A DNA stretch of 64,000 nt from Eledone cirrhosa (taxonomy: Eukaryota), in the NCBI GenBank assembly GCA_964016885.1, contig CAXHJY010001150.1:62001-126000 (forward strand), read 5' to 3'. Below the pieces are notes generated by a model. The model was not told the origin of the DNA. It searched no databases and was given only the letters and a program-made list of their open reading frames with translations. The stretch's first letter is position 1, and each line of letters begins with the position of its first letter. This document shows, in pieces, positions 47,957 to 62,100 of this stretch. Both the position numbers and the translations under genes were made by a program.

Positions 47957-48066
47957 TTGCTATCGTGTGTGTGTGTGTGTGTATAGATATGCTTATGTGT
48001 GTGCGTGTATGTGTATATATATGTATATGTATATTATTATTGTTGTTGTCGTTATTATTATTGTTG

Positions 48067-48116
<50 letters not shown>

Positions 48117-48128
48117 GTTATTAATGTA

Positions 48129-48159
<31 letters not shown>

Positions 48160-48922
48160 GTATGTGTGTGTGTATATATGTGTATATATATATATATTTA
48201 TTTTTATTTTTTTTATTTTATTTTTTTATTTATTTTTTTATTTTTTTATTTTTATTTTTTCTCCTCGTGCAATGGCCATACTCGATAACGAGGGGGCAGC
48301 CATCATCATGTATGTATGTATGTATGTATGTATGTATGTATGTATGTATGTATGTATGTCGGGTTACTCTTGAGTGTTACTGGTAATATGTAACCCAGTA
48401 AACCTGTCGCATGGTCGGGTCGTCGGTGACTAAACCGGCAACCCCACCAACTTTACTTGGTGAGGAGGGTGATTTTGGACACCCTGCGGGGCAAAAAACA
48501 AAATCTGACAAAGGGCGGAAGAACTCATAAGGGCCAACGGCCATCCAAAAGTCAATAAGTATGTATGTATGTATGTATGTATGTATGTATGTATGTATGT
48601 ATGTATGTATGTATGTATGTATGTATGTATGTATGTATGTATGTATGTATGTATGCATGTATGTATGCATGTATGTATGCATGTATGTATGTATATATGC
48701 ATGTATGTATGTATGCACGTATATATGTATGTATGAATGTATGCATGTATGTATGTATGCATGTATGTATGTATGCACGTATGTATGTATGCACGTATGT
48801 ATGCATGTCTGTATGCATGCATGTGTAGATATGGATGTTATTGTATGTGTGAATGTGGATGTTTTGAGTTGTATGTGTGCATGTGTATATGCTTTGTATC
48901 TGTACATGTATATATGCAGTTA

Positions 48923-49378
48923 TTAGATGCAAAATTTTTGGAATGTTTTACATATTTTTACTGTTCCATTAATGGATTGTACTTGTAATTTCCTAACTAG
49001 TTGTGTTCTTTCTGTTCCTGTGAAGCCCAGCTTCTCAATATTTGTATTGAGGCAGTTACTAACATATCCCAGTGCCCCAATAATCACAGGTATAAATCTG
49101 AAGGTGTAATCAGGGTGGAGTATCTGCAGATGTCTCATCAGTTCTGCATAAATATTCTCCTTTTCACTAATCTTTGATATTATATTGGCATCTGCTGGGC
49201 AGGTAATTTCCACTACTGTGCAGGCTTTCTTCTCCCTGTCCCATATCATAATATCTGATCTGTTATGCCTGCATTTTATTGGGGTTTTTACTGGAACATT
49301 CCACCAGTACTCTTTCATATTATGTACATGGATGTCTTCCACATTGTTGTAGCTTTTAATGTGTTTATTATCGGGGCT
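48923..49378 (-). pseudogene. Second RLE-type non-LTR retrotransposon 3' fragment, distinct family
   Basis: YWWNVPVKT..HNRSDIMIWD..VVEITCPAD..EKENIYAEL..IPVIIGALG; embedded in (TACA)n-type repeats. Confidence 0.85.
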
Positions 49379-49379
49379 A

Positions 49380-51016
49380 TGTATGTATGTATGGATGTGG
49401 CTATGAGTGTGTGCGTGCACGTGTATGGATCTGTGTGTATCTGGATATATCTGTGTGTGTATCTGTATATATCTGTGTGTATCTGTATGTACCTGTATGT
49501 ATCTGTGTATGTATCTATCTGTATATATCTGTGTGTGTATGTGTATATATCTGTATGTGTTTGCATAAATCTGTGTGTGTATGTGTATATATCTGTATAT
49601 ATTTATATATCTGTGTATGTATCTATCTGTATATATCTGTATGTATCTATGTATATATCTGTATGTATCTGTGTATATATCTGTATATATCTTTGTATGT
49701 ATCTATCTGTATATATCTGTATGTATCTGTGTATATATCTGTATGTATCTGTGTATGTAGATATCTGTATATATCTGTGTATGTGTGTGTATGTATCTGT
49801 GTATGTGTGTATGTATATGTGTGTGTGTATGTATGTGTGTATGTGTCTGTGTATGCGTGTGTATGCATCTGTGTATGTGTGTGTATGTATATGTGTATTT
49901 GTGTATATGTATATGTGTGTATATGTGTATGTATATGTGCGTGTGTGTATGTATATGTGTATGTATGTGCATGTATATGTGTATGTGTGTGTATGTATAT
50001 ATGTATGTGTGTGTATGTGTATGTATATGTGTATGTATATGTGTGTGTATGTATATGTATGTGTATGTGTGTGTATGTATATGTGTATGTGTGTGTAAGT
50101 ATATGTGTATGTGTGTATGTATATGTGTATGTGTGTGTATGTATATATGTATGTGTGTATGCATATGTGTATGTATATGTGTATGTGTGTGTATGTATAT
50201 GTATATGTATATGTGTGTGTATGTATCTGCGTGTGTATGTATATGTATATGTGTCTATGTATGTGTGTATGTGTGTGTATGTATATGTGTATGTGCGTGT
50301 ATGTATATGTGTGTGTGTATGTATATGTGTATGTGTGTGTATGTGTATGTGTGTGTATGTATATGTGTATGTGTGTGTATGTATAAGTGTATGTCTGTGT
50401 ATGTATGTGTCTATGTATGTGTGTATGTGTGTGTATGTATCTGTGTATGTGTGTGTATGTATATGTGTGTGTGCGTGTATGTATATGTATATGTGTGTGT
50501 ATGTATATGTGTGTATGTATGTGTGTATGTGTGTGTATGTATATATGTGTATGTGTGTGTATGTATATGTGTATGTGTGTGTATGTATATGTGTATGTGT
50601 GTGTATGTATATGTGTATGTGTGTGTATGTATATATGCGTGTATGTATATGTGTATGTGTGTGTATGTATATATGTGTATGTGTGTGTATGTATATGTGT
50701 ATGTGTGTGTATGTATATGTGTATGTGTGTGTATGTATATATGCGTTTATGTATATGTGTATGTGTGTGTATGTATGTGTGTGTATGTATATGTGTGTGT
50801 GTATGTATATGTGTATGTGTGTGTATGTATATGTGTATGTGTGTGTATGTATGTGTGTGTATGTATATGTGTATGTGTGTGTATGTATGTGTGTGTATGT
50901 ATATGTGTATGTGTGTGTATGTATATATGTGTATGTGTGTGTATGTATATATGTGTATGTGTGTGTATGTATATATGTGTATGTGTGTGTATGTATATAT
51001 GTGTATGTGTGTGTAT
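49380..51016. repeat. Degenerate TG/TA low-complexity array
   Basis: Seen directly. Confidence 0.95.
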
Positions 51017-51147
51017 GCAGGCGTTTAACACTCTGAGTCTCTCTGCTCTGAGGTTTTCCTTCTCATTCAATGAGGACAAGTTTCGATGGCGAATGACATT
51101 GTCAATAGAATTGAATAAAGGGAGACAGTTAAGGAGAATATCACGTG

Positions 51148-51590
51148 ATGTAGTGGTGGTGGTGGAGGTGGTGGTAGTGGTGGTGGTGGTGGTGACGGTG
51201 GTGGTGGTGATGGTGGTGGTGCTAGAGTGGTGATGGTTGTGGCGGTGGTGGTGATGGTGGTGGTAGCCTTGATGGTAGTGGTGGTGATGGTAGTGGTGGT
51301 GGTTGTAGTGGTGGTGGTGGAGGTGGTGGTAGTGGTGGTGGTGGTGGTGACGGTGGTAATGGCGGTGGTGGTGGTGCTAGAGTGGTGATGGTTGTGGCGG
51401 TGGTGGTGATGGTGGTGGTAGTGATAGACTGGTGGTGGTAGCCTTGATGGTAGTGGTGGTGATGGTAGTGGTGGTGGTTGTAGTGGTGGTGGTGGTGGTT
51501 CTGGTGGTTGTAGTGGTGGTGGTAGTGGTGGTGGTACTGGTAGTGGTGGTGATGGTGGTAGTAGTGGAGGTGGTAGTGTTGATGGTGGAG
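51148..51590. repeat. Degenerate (GGT)n repeat
   Basis: Seen directly. Confidence 0.93.
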
Positions 51591-52149
51591 TTAATGGAGC
51601 GAGTGATAGATAAATAGATATAGATCGATCGTTCGATCCATAGCTAGATAATTGAGTTTGTGAATGTGTGTGTGTGTGTGTGAGTGTGTGTGTGAATGTG
51701 TGAATGTGTGTGCGTGCATGTAAATGTGTTAGTGTGTGTGTCTGTGTGTGAGTGTGTGTGTGTGAATGTGTGAGTGTGTGCGTGTGTGAGTGTGTGTGTG
51801 TGTGTAAATGTGTGAATGTGTGTGCGTGTATCTAAGTGTGTGTGTGTGTGTGAGTGTGTGTGTATGTATGAATGTGTGAGTGTGTGTGTGAATGTATGAG
51901 TGTGTATGTGTGTGTATCTGTGTCTGTGTGTTTCTCTGTGTTAATGTGTTTGTGTGAGGAATATATGTATATTTGAGCGTGCACTTGAATGTGTGTGTGA
52001 CTGTGTTTGAGTGTGTAAGTGTGTGACTATGTGTTTGTGTGTGGTTGTGACTGTGTAAGAGCGTGAACGTGTGTGTGTGACTATGTATTTGAGTGTGTCA
52101 CTGTGTATTATTGTGTAGCTGTGTGTGTGACTGTGTTTGAGTGTGGATG

Positions 52150-53265
52150 TGACTGTGCAAGAGTGTGTAAGTGTATGTGTGTGACCGTGCAAGAGTGTCT
52201 AGGTGTGTGTGTGTGTGACTGTGCAAGAGTGTGTAAGTGTGTGTTTGTGTGACTGTGAAAGAGTGTGTAAGGGTATGTGGGTGACTGTGAAAGAGTGTGT
52301 ACGTGTATGTGTGTGACTGTGAAAGAGTGTGTAAGTGTGTGTGTGCGACTGTGCAAGAGTGTGTAAGTGTGTGTGTGTGACTGTACAAGAGTGTGTAAGT
52401 GTGTGTGTGTGACTGTGCAAGAGTGTGTAAGTGTGTGTGTGTGACTGTGCAAGAGTGTGTGTGTGACTGTGCAAGAGTGTGTAAGTGTGTGTGTGTGACT
52501 GTGCAAGAGTGTGTAAGTGTGTGTGTGTGACTGTGCAAGAGTGTGTAAGTGTGTGTGTGTGACTGTGCAAGAGTGTGTAAGTGTGTGTGTGTGTGACTGT
52601 GCAAGAGTGTGTAAGTGTGTGTGTGTGACTGTGCAAGAGTGTGTAAGTGTGTGTGTGTGACTGTGCAAGAGTGTGTAAGTATGTGTGTGACTGTGCAAGA
52701 GTGTGTAAGTGTGTGTGTGTGACTGTGCAAGAGTGTGTAAGTGTGTGTGTGTGACTGTGCAAGAGTGTGTAAGTGTGTGTGTGTGACTGTGCAAGAGTGT
52801 GTAAGTGTGTGTGTGTGACTGTGCAAGAGTGTGTAAGTGTGTGTGTGTGTGACTGTGCAAGAGTGTGTAAGTGTGTGTGTGTGACTGTGCAAGAGTGTGT
52901 AAGTGTGTGTGTGTGACTGTGCAAGAGTGTGTAAGTGTGTGTGTGTGACTGTGCAAGAGTGTGTAAGTGTGTGTGTGTGACTGTGCAAGAGTGTGTAAGT
53001 GTGTGTGTGTGACTGTGCAAGAGTGTGTAAGTGTGTGTGTGTGACTGTGCAAGAGTGTGTAAGTGTGTGTGTGTGTGACTGTGCAAGAGTGTGTAAGTGT
53101 GTGTGTGACTGTGCAAGAGTGTGTAAGTGTGTGTGTGTGACTGTGCAAGAGTGTGTAAGTGTGTGTGTGTGACTGTGCAAGAGTGTGTAAGTGTGTGTGT
53201 GTGACTGTGCAAGAGTGTGTAAGTGTGTGTGTGTGACTGTGCAAGAGTGTGTAAGTGTATGTGTG
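52150..53265. repeat. ~32-bp minisatellite built on (GT)n
   Basis: Unit gactgtgcaagagtgtgtaagtgtgtgtgtgt. Confidence 0.95.
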
Positions 53266-53832
53266 CACGCGGTAAGTCGAGTAAGTTTTTGATGAGGCTT
53301 GTGGTTTTCCTCACTCCTCCTATCGTCTGCTCCTTCATAATATAACAAATCTGCAACGACGAATAAACTTGATGAGCCTTTTGTGATATGAATTATGTTT
53401 AGCGGAGATCTTGTCTGAAAGCAAAGCACGGCAAACGTTGTTGCTAGCTTCTCTCAAAATTTAATGAGATCCTCTTATCATTACATATTTCTAATTAGTT
53501 GGGCTGAAAAAGCAAAAAAAAAAACGTAAATAAAATAAAAATAAATAAATAACAATAAAAAAATAAATAATAAACATATAAAATAAATAAATAAATAAAA
53601 AAATAAAATAAATATAACAAAGTAGAAAATAAATAGAAACAAGAAGAAAAAGAAGAAGAAGAAGAATACAAATAACAAAACGAAAAGAAAGGAATATTAG
53701 AAGAATGTAATTCTCCTTCTGGGAAGTGAACGAATGAATAAATATAGGAAGAAAAGTGAGAAATAAAGTGGATGATTGTGTCAAGAGCAAACGTTTGTGG
53801 CGCTGGTGGTTTTGTCGTTTCTTTCACCAATG

Positions 53833-53900
<68 letters not shown>

Positions 53901-53914
53901 ACATACATACATAC

Positions 53915-53945
<31 letters not shown>

Positions 53946-54012
53946 TGTATGTATATATATATGTATATATATATATATATATGTGTGTATGTATGTATAC
54001 ACACACACACAC

Positions 54013-54087
<75 letters not shown>

Positions 54088-55539
54088 TATATATATACTT
54101 CGGATTTTTTCATAGTCACACGTCACTTCTATTGTTGACTGATGGTATCGTATCGTGTGTGTGTTTCTATGTGCGTGTGTCTACCGAAGAAGAAGAAACA
54201 ATTCTTCTTCTTTTCCTTCTCCTCCTCTTCCTCCCTCTCTCACACACAAAATTACAAATTCAATGTTTCATACTGTTACATATTTTCTCCCTCTCCAGCT
54301 TTCCATTGCTTCCTTCGTTTTCTATGCTTAAAACTATTTTAGGTGAAATCCTTACGAATGAAACCTTTGCCTTACATCCTTTCGATATGAATGAAGAAGG
54401 ACCAACCCTGTACTGGAAGTCGAATGTTCCTCCATATCTCTTATCCTCTCTATCTTATTTCCTGCACTCTTCTCATTTCCACTTCTCCTCTATAACTCTC
54501 TCCTTTTCAGGAAGAAAGCTGTGTTCAGACATGGAGAAGGTACAGGCTCTTCCATATCTAAAATGCTCAAGTCACGCTGTATATCACCATAGTCCATCAA
54601 GAATTACGGCTCCATACGTACACACATCCGACGAATTAATTTGGCGACTGAGTTCCATATGCTGCGATTGTAGTTGTTAGTGTTGTTGTTGTCATTGTTG
54701 TAAATACTGTTTTCTTTTGTAAATTTCTCCATTCGTTTACTGATGTGTTGTTTATTGGATTAGTACAGGTAAATACAAATAAATAAACAAGTAAATAAGT
54801 GATGATGTTCTTGTGGTCATTACATTAGACGAATGGTTCTTAACCCTTTTTGGCTCCATGCTCAAAGAAAATGACGATCCCACCTCAATATAAATGTTTG
54901 TTATTAAAGATATAAAATATATAATTTAGAAACATTGCTCCCAACTTCCTCACACCAATAATCAAATTGTCCTTCGTGAACTGTGCAGTTAATGTTCAGA
55001 ATTACTTTTCTTTTACTGGTTAATCAAGTGTGAACGTCACTAAAGAAGGGTGGTTTGGGGGGGGGGGGGGCTTATGCAATGACCCCACCCCTATTTTTCA
55101 ATGGTACACCCTCAAATCTAGAAAATAGATTTTGTATTAACAAAATTTCCTGAAAAATCCTCTTCGCGAAAGTGCGCCCACCCAGAATGCTTTAAAATAG
55201 ATACAGAAACGGTTTTGGGCGGGTTGGTATTAAAAGGGTTAACACTAAGATCTTAGAAGACCACAGCGAGATTTGAACTCAGAACGCAAACAACCGGAAC
55301 AAATACCGTAAGACATTTCATTTGGTGCTATAAGACTCCTGCTAATACACCAGCATCGACTGACCCTGAAAGGACGAAAGACGAACTTGCCATCGACAGG
55401 ATTTGAGCTCAGAGCTCAGATAGCTGGATCAAATGTTGCACTCTAACAACACCGACAACTCACCACCTTTACATCTATTTCATAAATCCCAAAATATTTT
55501 TCGATAGAATATTTAATTGTATATTATTTTGATGAAAAA

Positions 55540-55905
55540 AAATGGTGCTGCACAGAAATTCCTGTTAAATATAGCACAAGATCGCAAGCTGGGGTGTTTT
55601 GGACATATAATAGACACTCCAAAGATTTACGACTGGAGAGCTCCGTAATACATGGATATGTGTCAGGTAGCAGGGGAAGAGGAACCCCAAGTATTTGAGA
55701 CTGGAGAGCTCTGTATATTATGGATATGTGTCAGGCAGCAGAGGGAAAAGGGCAGCCAAGAAGGTGGTGGATAAGTGACATCTGCGCATGGACCGACAGG
55801 AGCTCCTAGAAAGTGATGAGAATAGCGGAGTACAGGATTGCTTGGAGGAAATTGCAGAAGGCATTCAAATACACTAGAAGTCTATGATGATGATGATGAT
55901 GATGG
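55540..55905 (+). pseudogene. 3' end of an RTE-like LINE with (GAT)n tail and internal ~67-bp duplication
   Basis: RKLGCFGHI..LESSVIHGYVSGSRGRG..PRRWWISDI..AWRKL, then gatgatgat. Confidence 0.7.
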
Positions 55906-56101
55906 TGTTTATATTATAGTAGTTCACCATAGCAAATCAATATCAATCTTTATTTTGTGTCAGTAAATTTACCTTCGAGAGATTAGCGTCTTTTACCTGA
56001 TATTAGTTTTAACTCTGAAGAGATTAGAACGATATACGAGCTACATGGACAAACCAGGTATTGATTAAATGATTTACTTCTGACTTCATTAACATCTCAT
56101 T

Positions 56102-59100
56102 ACCTTTCCCCCGTCTAACCTTTCCCCCCGTCTAACCATTCCCCCGTCTAACCTTTCCCCCGTCTAACCTTCCCCCGTCTAACCTTTCCCCCCGTCTAAC
56201 CTTTCCCCCGTCTAACCTTCCCCCGTCTAACCTTTCTCCCGTCTAACCATTCCCCCGTCTAACTATTCCCCCGTCTAACCTTTCTTCCGTCGAACCTTTC
56301 CTCCGTGTAACCATTCCCCCGTCTAACCATTCCCCCGTCTAACCATTCCCCCGTCTAACCTTTCCCCCGTCTAACCTTTCCCCCGTCTAACCATTCCCCC
56401 GTCTAACCTTTCCTCCGTGTAACCATTCCCCCGTCTAACCATTCCCCCGTCTAACCTTTCCCCCGTCTAACCTTTCCCCCGTCTAACCTTTCCCCCGTCT
56501 AACCATTCCCCCGTCTAACCTTTCTCCCGTCTAACCATTCCCCCGTCTAACCTTCCCCCGTCTAACCTTTCTCCCGTCTAACCTTTCCCCCGTCTAACCT
56601 TTCCCCCGTCTAACCTTTCCCCCGTCTAACCTTTCCCCCGTCTAACCATTCCCCCGTCTAACCTTTCTCCCGTCTAACCTTTCCCCCGTCTAACCTTTCC
56701 CCCGTCTAACCATTCCCCCGTCTAACCATTCCCCCGTCTAACCTCTCCCCCGTCTAACCTTTCCCCCGTCTAACCTTTCCCCCGTCTAACCTTCCCCCGT
56801 CTAACCTTTCCCCCGTCTAACCTCTCCCCCGTCTAACCTTTCCCCCGTCTAACCTTTCCCCCGTCTAACCTCTCCCCCGTCTAACCTTTCCCCCGTCTAA
56901 CCATTCCCCCGTCTAACCATTCCCCCGTCTAACCTCTCCCCCGTCTAACCTTTCCCCCGTCTAACCTCTCCCCCGTCTAACCATTCCCCCGTCTAACCTT
57001 TCCCCCGTCTAACCATTCCCCCGTCTAACCATTCCCCCGTCTAACCTTTCCCCCGTCTAACCATTCCCCCGTCTAACCTTCCCCCCGTCTAACCATTCCC
57101 CCGTCTAACCTTTCTCCCGTCTAACCATTCCCCCGTCTAACCTTTCCCCCGTCTAACCATTCCCCCGTCTAACCTTTCCCCCGTCTAACCATTCCCCCGT
57201 CTAACCTTTCTCCCGTCTAACCTCTCCCCCGTCTAACCTTTCCCCCGTCTAACCTTTCCCCCGTCTAACCTTCCCCCCGTCTAACCATTCCCCCGTCTAA
57301 CCTTTCCCCCGTCTAACCATTCCCCCGTCTAACCTTTCCCCCGTCTAACCATTCCCCCGTCTAACCTTTCTCCCGTCTAACCTCTCCCCCGTCTAACCTT
57401 TCCTCCGTCTAACATTCCCCCGTCTAACCTTTCCCCCGTCTAACCTTTCCCCCGTCTAACCTTTCCCCCGTCTAACCATTCCCCCGTCTAACCATTCCCC
57501 CGTCTAACCTCTCCCCCGTCTAACCTTTCTCCCGTCTAACCTTTCCCCCGTCTAACCTTTCCCCCGTCTAACCTTTCTCCCGTCTAACCATTCCCCCGTC
57601 TAACCTTTCCCCCGTCTAACCTTTCCCCCGTCTAACCTTTCTCCCGTCTAACCATTCCTCCGTCTAACCTCTCCCCCGTCTAACCTTTCTCCCGTCTAAC
57701 CATTCCCCCGTCTAACCTTTCCCCCGCCTAATCTTTCCCCCGTCTAACCTTTCCCCCGTCTAACCTTTCTCCCGTCTAACCATTCCTCCGTCTAACCTCT
57801 CCCCCGTCTAACCTTTCTCCCGTCTAACCATTCCCCCGTCTAACCTTTCCCCCGTCTAACCTTCCCCCGTCTAACCTTTCTCCCGTCTAACCATTCCTCC
57901 GTCTAACCTCTCCCCCGTCTAATCTTTCCCCGTCTAACCTCTCCCCCGTCTAACCTTTCCCCCGTCTAACCTTCCCCCGTCTAACCTTTCTCCCGTCTAA
58001 CCATTCCCCCGTCTAACCTCTCCCCCGTCTAACCTTTCCCCCGTCTAACCTTCCCCCGTCTAACCTTTCTCCCGTCTAACCTTTCCCCCGTCTAACCTTT
58101 CCCCCGTCTAACCTTTCCTCCGTCTAACATTCCCCCGTCTAATCTTTCCCCGTCTAACCTTTCTCCCGTCTAACCATTCCTCCGTCTAACCTCTCCCCCG
58201 TCTAATCTTTCCCCGTCTAACCTCTCCCCCGTCTAACCATTCCCCCGTCTAACCTTTCCCCCGTCTAACCTTCCCCCGTCTAACCTTTCTCCCGTCTAAC
58301 CATTCCCCCGTCTAACCATTCCCCCGTCTAACCATTCCCCCGTCTAACCATTCCCCCGTCTAACCTTTCCCCCGTCTAACCATTCCCCCGTCTAACCTTC
58401 CCCCGTCTAACCTTTCTCCCGTCTAACCATTCCCCCGTCTAACCTTTCCCCCGTCTAACCTTTCCCCCGTCTAACCTTTCCCCCGTCTAACCTTTCCCCC
58501 GTCTAACCTTCCCCCGTCTAACCTTTCTCCCGTCTAACCATTCCCCCGTCTAACCATTCCCCCGTCTAACCTCTCCCCCGTCTAACCTTTCCTCCGCCTA
58601 ACCTTTCCCCCGTCTAACCTTTCCCCCGCCTATCCTTTCCCCAGTCTAACCATTCCTCTGCCTAACCATTCCCCAGTCTAACCTTTCCTCTGCCTAACCA
58701 TTCCCCAGTCTAACCTTTCCTCTGCCTAACCATTCCCCCGTCTAACCTTTCCTCTGCCTAACCATTCCCCAGTCTAACCTTTCCTCTGCCTAACCATTCC
58801 CCCGTCTAACCTTTCCTCTGCCTAACCATTCCCCAGTCTAACCTTTCCTCTGCCTAACCATTCCCCCGTCTAACCTTTCCTCTGCCTAACCATTCCCCAG
58901 TCTAACCTTTCCTCCACCTAACCTTTCCTCTGCCTAACCATTCCCCCGTCTAACCTTTCCTCTGCCTAACCATTCCCCCGTCTAACCTTTCCCCCGTCTA
59001 ACCTTTCCTCTGCCTAACCTTTCCCCCGTCTAACCTTTCCTCCGTCTAACCTCTCCCCCGTCTAACCTTTCCTCTGCCTAACCATTCCCCCGTCTAACCT

Positions 59101-62100
59101 TTCCCCCGTCTAACCTTTCCTCTGCCTAACCTTTCCCCCGTCTAACCTTTCCTCTGCCTAACCTTTCCCCCGTCTAACCTTTCCTCCGTCTAACCTCTCC
59201 CCCGTCTAACCTTTCCTCTGCCTAACCTTTCCCCCGTCTAACCTTTCTCCCGTCTAACCTTTCCCCCGTCTAACCTTTCCCCCGTCTAACCTTTCTCCCG
59301 TCTAACCATTCCCCCGTCTAACCTTTCCCCCGTCTAATCTTTCCCCCGTCTAACCTCTCCCCCGTCTAATCTTTCCCCCGTCTAACCTTTCCCCCGTCTA
59401 ACCTTCCCCCGTCTAACCTTTCTCCCGTCTAACCTTTCCCCCGTCTAACCTCTCCCCCGTCTAACCTTTCCCCCGTCTAACCTTTCCCCCGTCTAACCTT
59501 CCCCCGTCTAACCTTTCCCCCGTCTAACCTTTCCCCCGTCTAACCTTTCCCCCGTCTAACCATTCCCCCGTCTAACCTTTCTCCCGTCTAACCTTTCTCC
59601 CGTCTAACCTCTCCCCCGTCTAATCTTTCCCCCGTCTAACCTTTCCCCCGTCTAACCTTTCCCCCGTCTAACCATTCCCCCGTCTAACCTTTCCCCCGTC
59701 TAACCATTCCCCCGTCTAACCTTTCCCCCGTCTAACCTTTCCCCCGTCTAACCTTTCCCCCGTCTAACCTTTCCCCCGTCTAACCATTCCCCCGTCTAAC
59801 CATTCCCCCGTCTAACCTCTCCCCCGTCTAACCTTTCCCCCGTCTAACCATTCCCCCGTCTAACCTTTCCCCCGTCTAACCATTCCCCCGTCTAACCATT
59901 CCCCCGTCTAACCTTTCCCCCGTCTAACCTTTCCCCCGTCTAACCTTTCCCCCGTCTAACCTTTCCCCCGTCTAACCATTCCCCCGTCTAACCATTCCCC
60001 CGTCTAACCTCTCCCCCGTCTAACCTTTCCCCCGTCTAACCTTTCTCCCGTCTAACCTTTCCCCCGTCTAACCTTTCCCCCGTCTAACCTTTCTCCCGTC
60101 TAACCATTCCTCCGTCTAACCTCTCCCCCGTCTAACCTTTCTCCCGTCTAACCATTCCTCCGTCTAACCTCTCCCCCGTCTAACCTTTCTCCCGTCTAAC
60201 CATTCCCCCGTCTAACCTTTCCCCCGTCTAACCTTCCCCCGTCTAACCTTTCTCCCGTCTAACCATTCCTCCGTCTAACCTCTCCCCCGTCTAACCTTTC
60301 CCCCGTCTAACCATTCCCCCGTCTAACCATTCCCCCGTCTAACCGTCCCCCGTCTAACCTTTCTCCCGTCTAACCATTCCCCCGTCTAACCTCTCCCCCG
60401 TCTAACCTTTCCCCCGTCTAACCTTTCCCCCGTCTAATCTTTCCCCGTCTAACCATTCCCCCGTCTAACCTTTCCCCCGTCTAACCTTCCCCCGTCTAAC
60501 CTTTCTCCCGTCTAACCATTCCTCCGTCTAACCTCTCCCCCGTCTAATCTTTCCCCGTCTAACCTCTCCCCCGTCTAACCATTCCCCCGTCTAACCTTTC
60601 CCCCGTCTAACCTTCCCCCGTCTAACCTTTCTCCCGTCTAACCATTCCCCCGTCTAACCATTCCCCCGTCTAACCATTCCCCCGTCTAACCATTCCCCCG
60701 TCTAACCTTTCCCCCGTCTAACCATTCCCCCGTCTAACCTTCCCCCGTCTAACCTTTCTCCCGTCTAACCATTCCCCCGTCTAACCTTTCCCCCGTCTAA
60801 CCTTTCCCCCGTCTAACCTTTCCCCCGTCTAACCTTTCCCCCGTCTAACCTTCCCCCGTCTAACCTTTCTCCCGTCTAACCATTCCCCCGTCTAACCTCT
60901 CCCCCGTCTAACCTTTCCTCCGCCTAACCTTTCCCCCGTCTAACCTTTCCCCCGCCTAACCTTTCCCCCGCCTATCCTTTCCCCAGTCTAACCTTTCCTC
61001 TGCCTAACCATTCCCCCGTCTAACCTTTCCTCTGCCTAACCATTCCCCAGTCTAACCTTTCCTCTGCCTAACCATTCCCCCGTCTAACCTTTCCCCCGTC
61101 TAACCTTTCCTCCGTCTAACCTCTCCCCCGTCTAACCTTTCCTCTGCCTAACCATTCCCCCGTCTAACCTTTCCCCCGTCTAACCTTTCCTCTGCCTAAC
61201 CTTTCCCCCGTCTAACCTTTCCTCTGCCTAACCTTTCCCCCGTCTAAACTTTCCTCTGCCTAACCATTCCCCCGTCTAACCTTTCCTCTGCCTAACCATT
61301 CCCCAGTCTAACCTTTCCTCTGCCTAACCATTCCCCCGTCTAACCTTTCCCCCGTCTAACCTTTCCTCCGTCTAACCTCTCCCCCGTCTAACCTCTCCCC
61401 CGTCTAACCTTTCCTCTGCCTAACCATTCCCCCGTCTAACCTTTCCCACGTCTAACCTTTCCTCTGCCTAACCTTTCCCCCGTCTAACCTTTCCTCCGTC
61501 TAACCTCTCCCCCGTCTAACCTTTCCTCTGCCTAACCATTCCCCCGTCTAACCTTCCCCCGTCTAACCTTTCTCCCGTCTAACCATTCCCCCGTCTAACC
61601 ATTCCCCCGTCTAACCATTCCCCCGTCTAACCATTCCCCCGTCTAACCTTTCCCCCGTCTAACCATTCCCCCGTCTAACCATTCCACCGTCTAACCATTC
61701 CCCCGTCTAACCTTTCCCCCGTCTAACCATTCCCCCGTCTAACCTTTCCCCCGTCTAACCTTCCCCCGTCTAACCTTTCTCCCGTCTAACCATTCCCCCG
61801 TCTAACCATTCCCCCGTCTAACCATTCCCCCGTCTAACCATTCCCCCGTCTAACCATTCCCCCGTCTAACCATTCCCCCGTCTAACCTTTCCCCCGTCTA
61901 ACCTTCCCCCGTCTAACCTTTCTCCCGTCTAACCATTCCCCCGTCTAACCTTTCCCCCGTCTAACCTTTCCCCCGTCTAACCTTTCCCCCGTCTAACCTT
62001 TCCCCCGTCTAACCTTCCCCCGTCTAACCTTTCTCCCGTCTAACCATTCCCCCGTCTAACCTCTCCCCCGTCTAACCTTTCCTCCGCCTAACCTTTCCCC

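Larger units (their letters stand above)
43542..48309 (+). mobile_element. Near full-length RTE-clade LINE; putative 5' UTR interrupted by an RLE-type LINE fragment
   Basis: APE-RT-zinc finger coding region. The putative terminus ...ctcgataacgagggggcagccatcatcat and the putative 5' UTR are linked by the short derivative at 18707-19064. The UTR assignments are inference. Confidence 0.75.

Noticed and set aside
52098-53429. His/Cys-rich 380-440 aa ORFs resembling metal-binding repeat proteins
   Set aside because: They are open in all three minus frames because of the 32-bp GT-based minisatellite.
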